From the NCBI RefSeq assembly GCF_009914755.1, contig NC_060937.1: DNA of 64,000 bases; one strand, given 5' to 3'. The notes beneath the pieces are model-generated. The model ran no database searches. It saw only the letters and a program-made list of their open reading frames with translations, and had not been told where the DNA came from. Shown here one piece after another: positions 63,101-64,000 of this stretch (position 1 is its first letter; the number at the start of each line of letters is the position of its first letter). Position numbers and translations under genes: made by a program. This DNA comes from the human T2T-CHM13v2.0 reference genome, Homo sapiens.

Positions 63101-64000
63101 ATAGAAATTAGGGGACATGCTAAATAATAAGTGATAGATAGAGCTAAAACTCAACCCAAATACCAGTCTCTTACTCTACAGTGTGTTGTAGTAAATACAT
63201 TTGGAATTTCCTTAACTATAAGGGCATTACCGAACATTTCCCTGCTGTAAAGTTTACCTGCTAATATTTGGTTGGCGCTTACAGCCTATCGTCTGTAAAG
63301 ATACATCAGAACAGATGAACTTAGTATCATTCCCAGGATATGTATTCTATGCCATTTAGAAAAACATTTTTAAATGTTTTGGTGTTTTAAAAAGTGCTTT
63401 TAGATAATCTGTATCAGCACCATCACTTATGTATTTCATTTTTTAATAATTAAAGAGACTTTTAAAATTTTCTCTTTCTTCCATGTCTCTGGGCCAATTG
63501 TTTGCCTGTCTCAAAAATCTCCTACCCCCATTTTCCATCATCTCACACTTTTAAAGTGAATTGTCCACATTGGACTTTGTGATATACTTAAAAGAAGACA
63601 CCAAGCCTCTCATGGAAAACCAGCCCATATTTATTGTCTCCATTTATTTTCCTTAAATTGTCTGTACAAACATGATTTTCTCCCTCACATTTTTAAAATT
63701 CTTACTATAAATTCTCCATTGAAAATTCTAATCTATAGTAATCTGATTTCTGGTTGTTAATGCTGTGTAGAGCAAAACCACCATTCATTTTTGGCATAAT
63801 GTAATTAAAATACAATATAAATGCTAACTTGCATGACCTATCAAAGCCTATATGTTTGGGATATGCCATATCCCAAATGAAGGCCATGTTGTCATTAATG
63901 CCACCTTAATTCTTTGACTTCTTGCTGGTTCCTTCCCCTACCTTCATGACCCAGGCCACCTTCACAAAAATTGCTGCTCCATCAGTGATCAATTAGGGAA

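Overview
Primate (hominoid, human-like) genomic DNA, almost all intronic. The only host coding sequence I can support is one 125-nt exon on the + strand at 54635-54759. It reads (S)QLHDFWRLDYWEDDLRRRRRFVRNAFGSTHAEALLKAAIEY(G), which I recognise as neurobeachin (NBEA), DUF1088 region, upstream of PH-BEACH-WD40. The ORF track misses this exon, and its longer ORFs are decayed L1, Tigger1 or Alu remnants. The window is therefore about 54.6 kb of one large NBEA intron plus about 9 kb of the next. It carries a full-length antisense L1PA3/4, several truncated L1PA/L1PB/L1M copies, about ten Alus/FLAM, near-complete Tigger1 and HSMAR2 transposons, MaLR LTRs, L2/MIR fragments and microsatellites. I found no CRISPR, rRNA, tRNA or novel protein-coding system. 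Main points of interest: (1) the L1 antisense ORF0 has a splice donor in frame with the NBEA exon, blocked only by one CGA>TGA change; (2) neighbouring L1 copies of different subfamilies share private substitutions and frameshift indels, suggesting local gene conversion; (3) a 31-nt L1 3' transduction; (4) repeat-free, homeodomain-motif-rich blocks that may be enhancers of the NBEA-nested gene MAB21L1; (5) a candidate recursive splice site. Subfamily names and consensus comparisons are from memory and need RepeatMasker/Dfam confirmation. Boundaries of old repeats are approximate.
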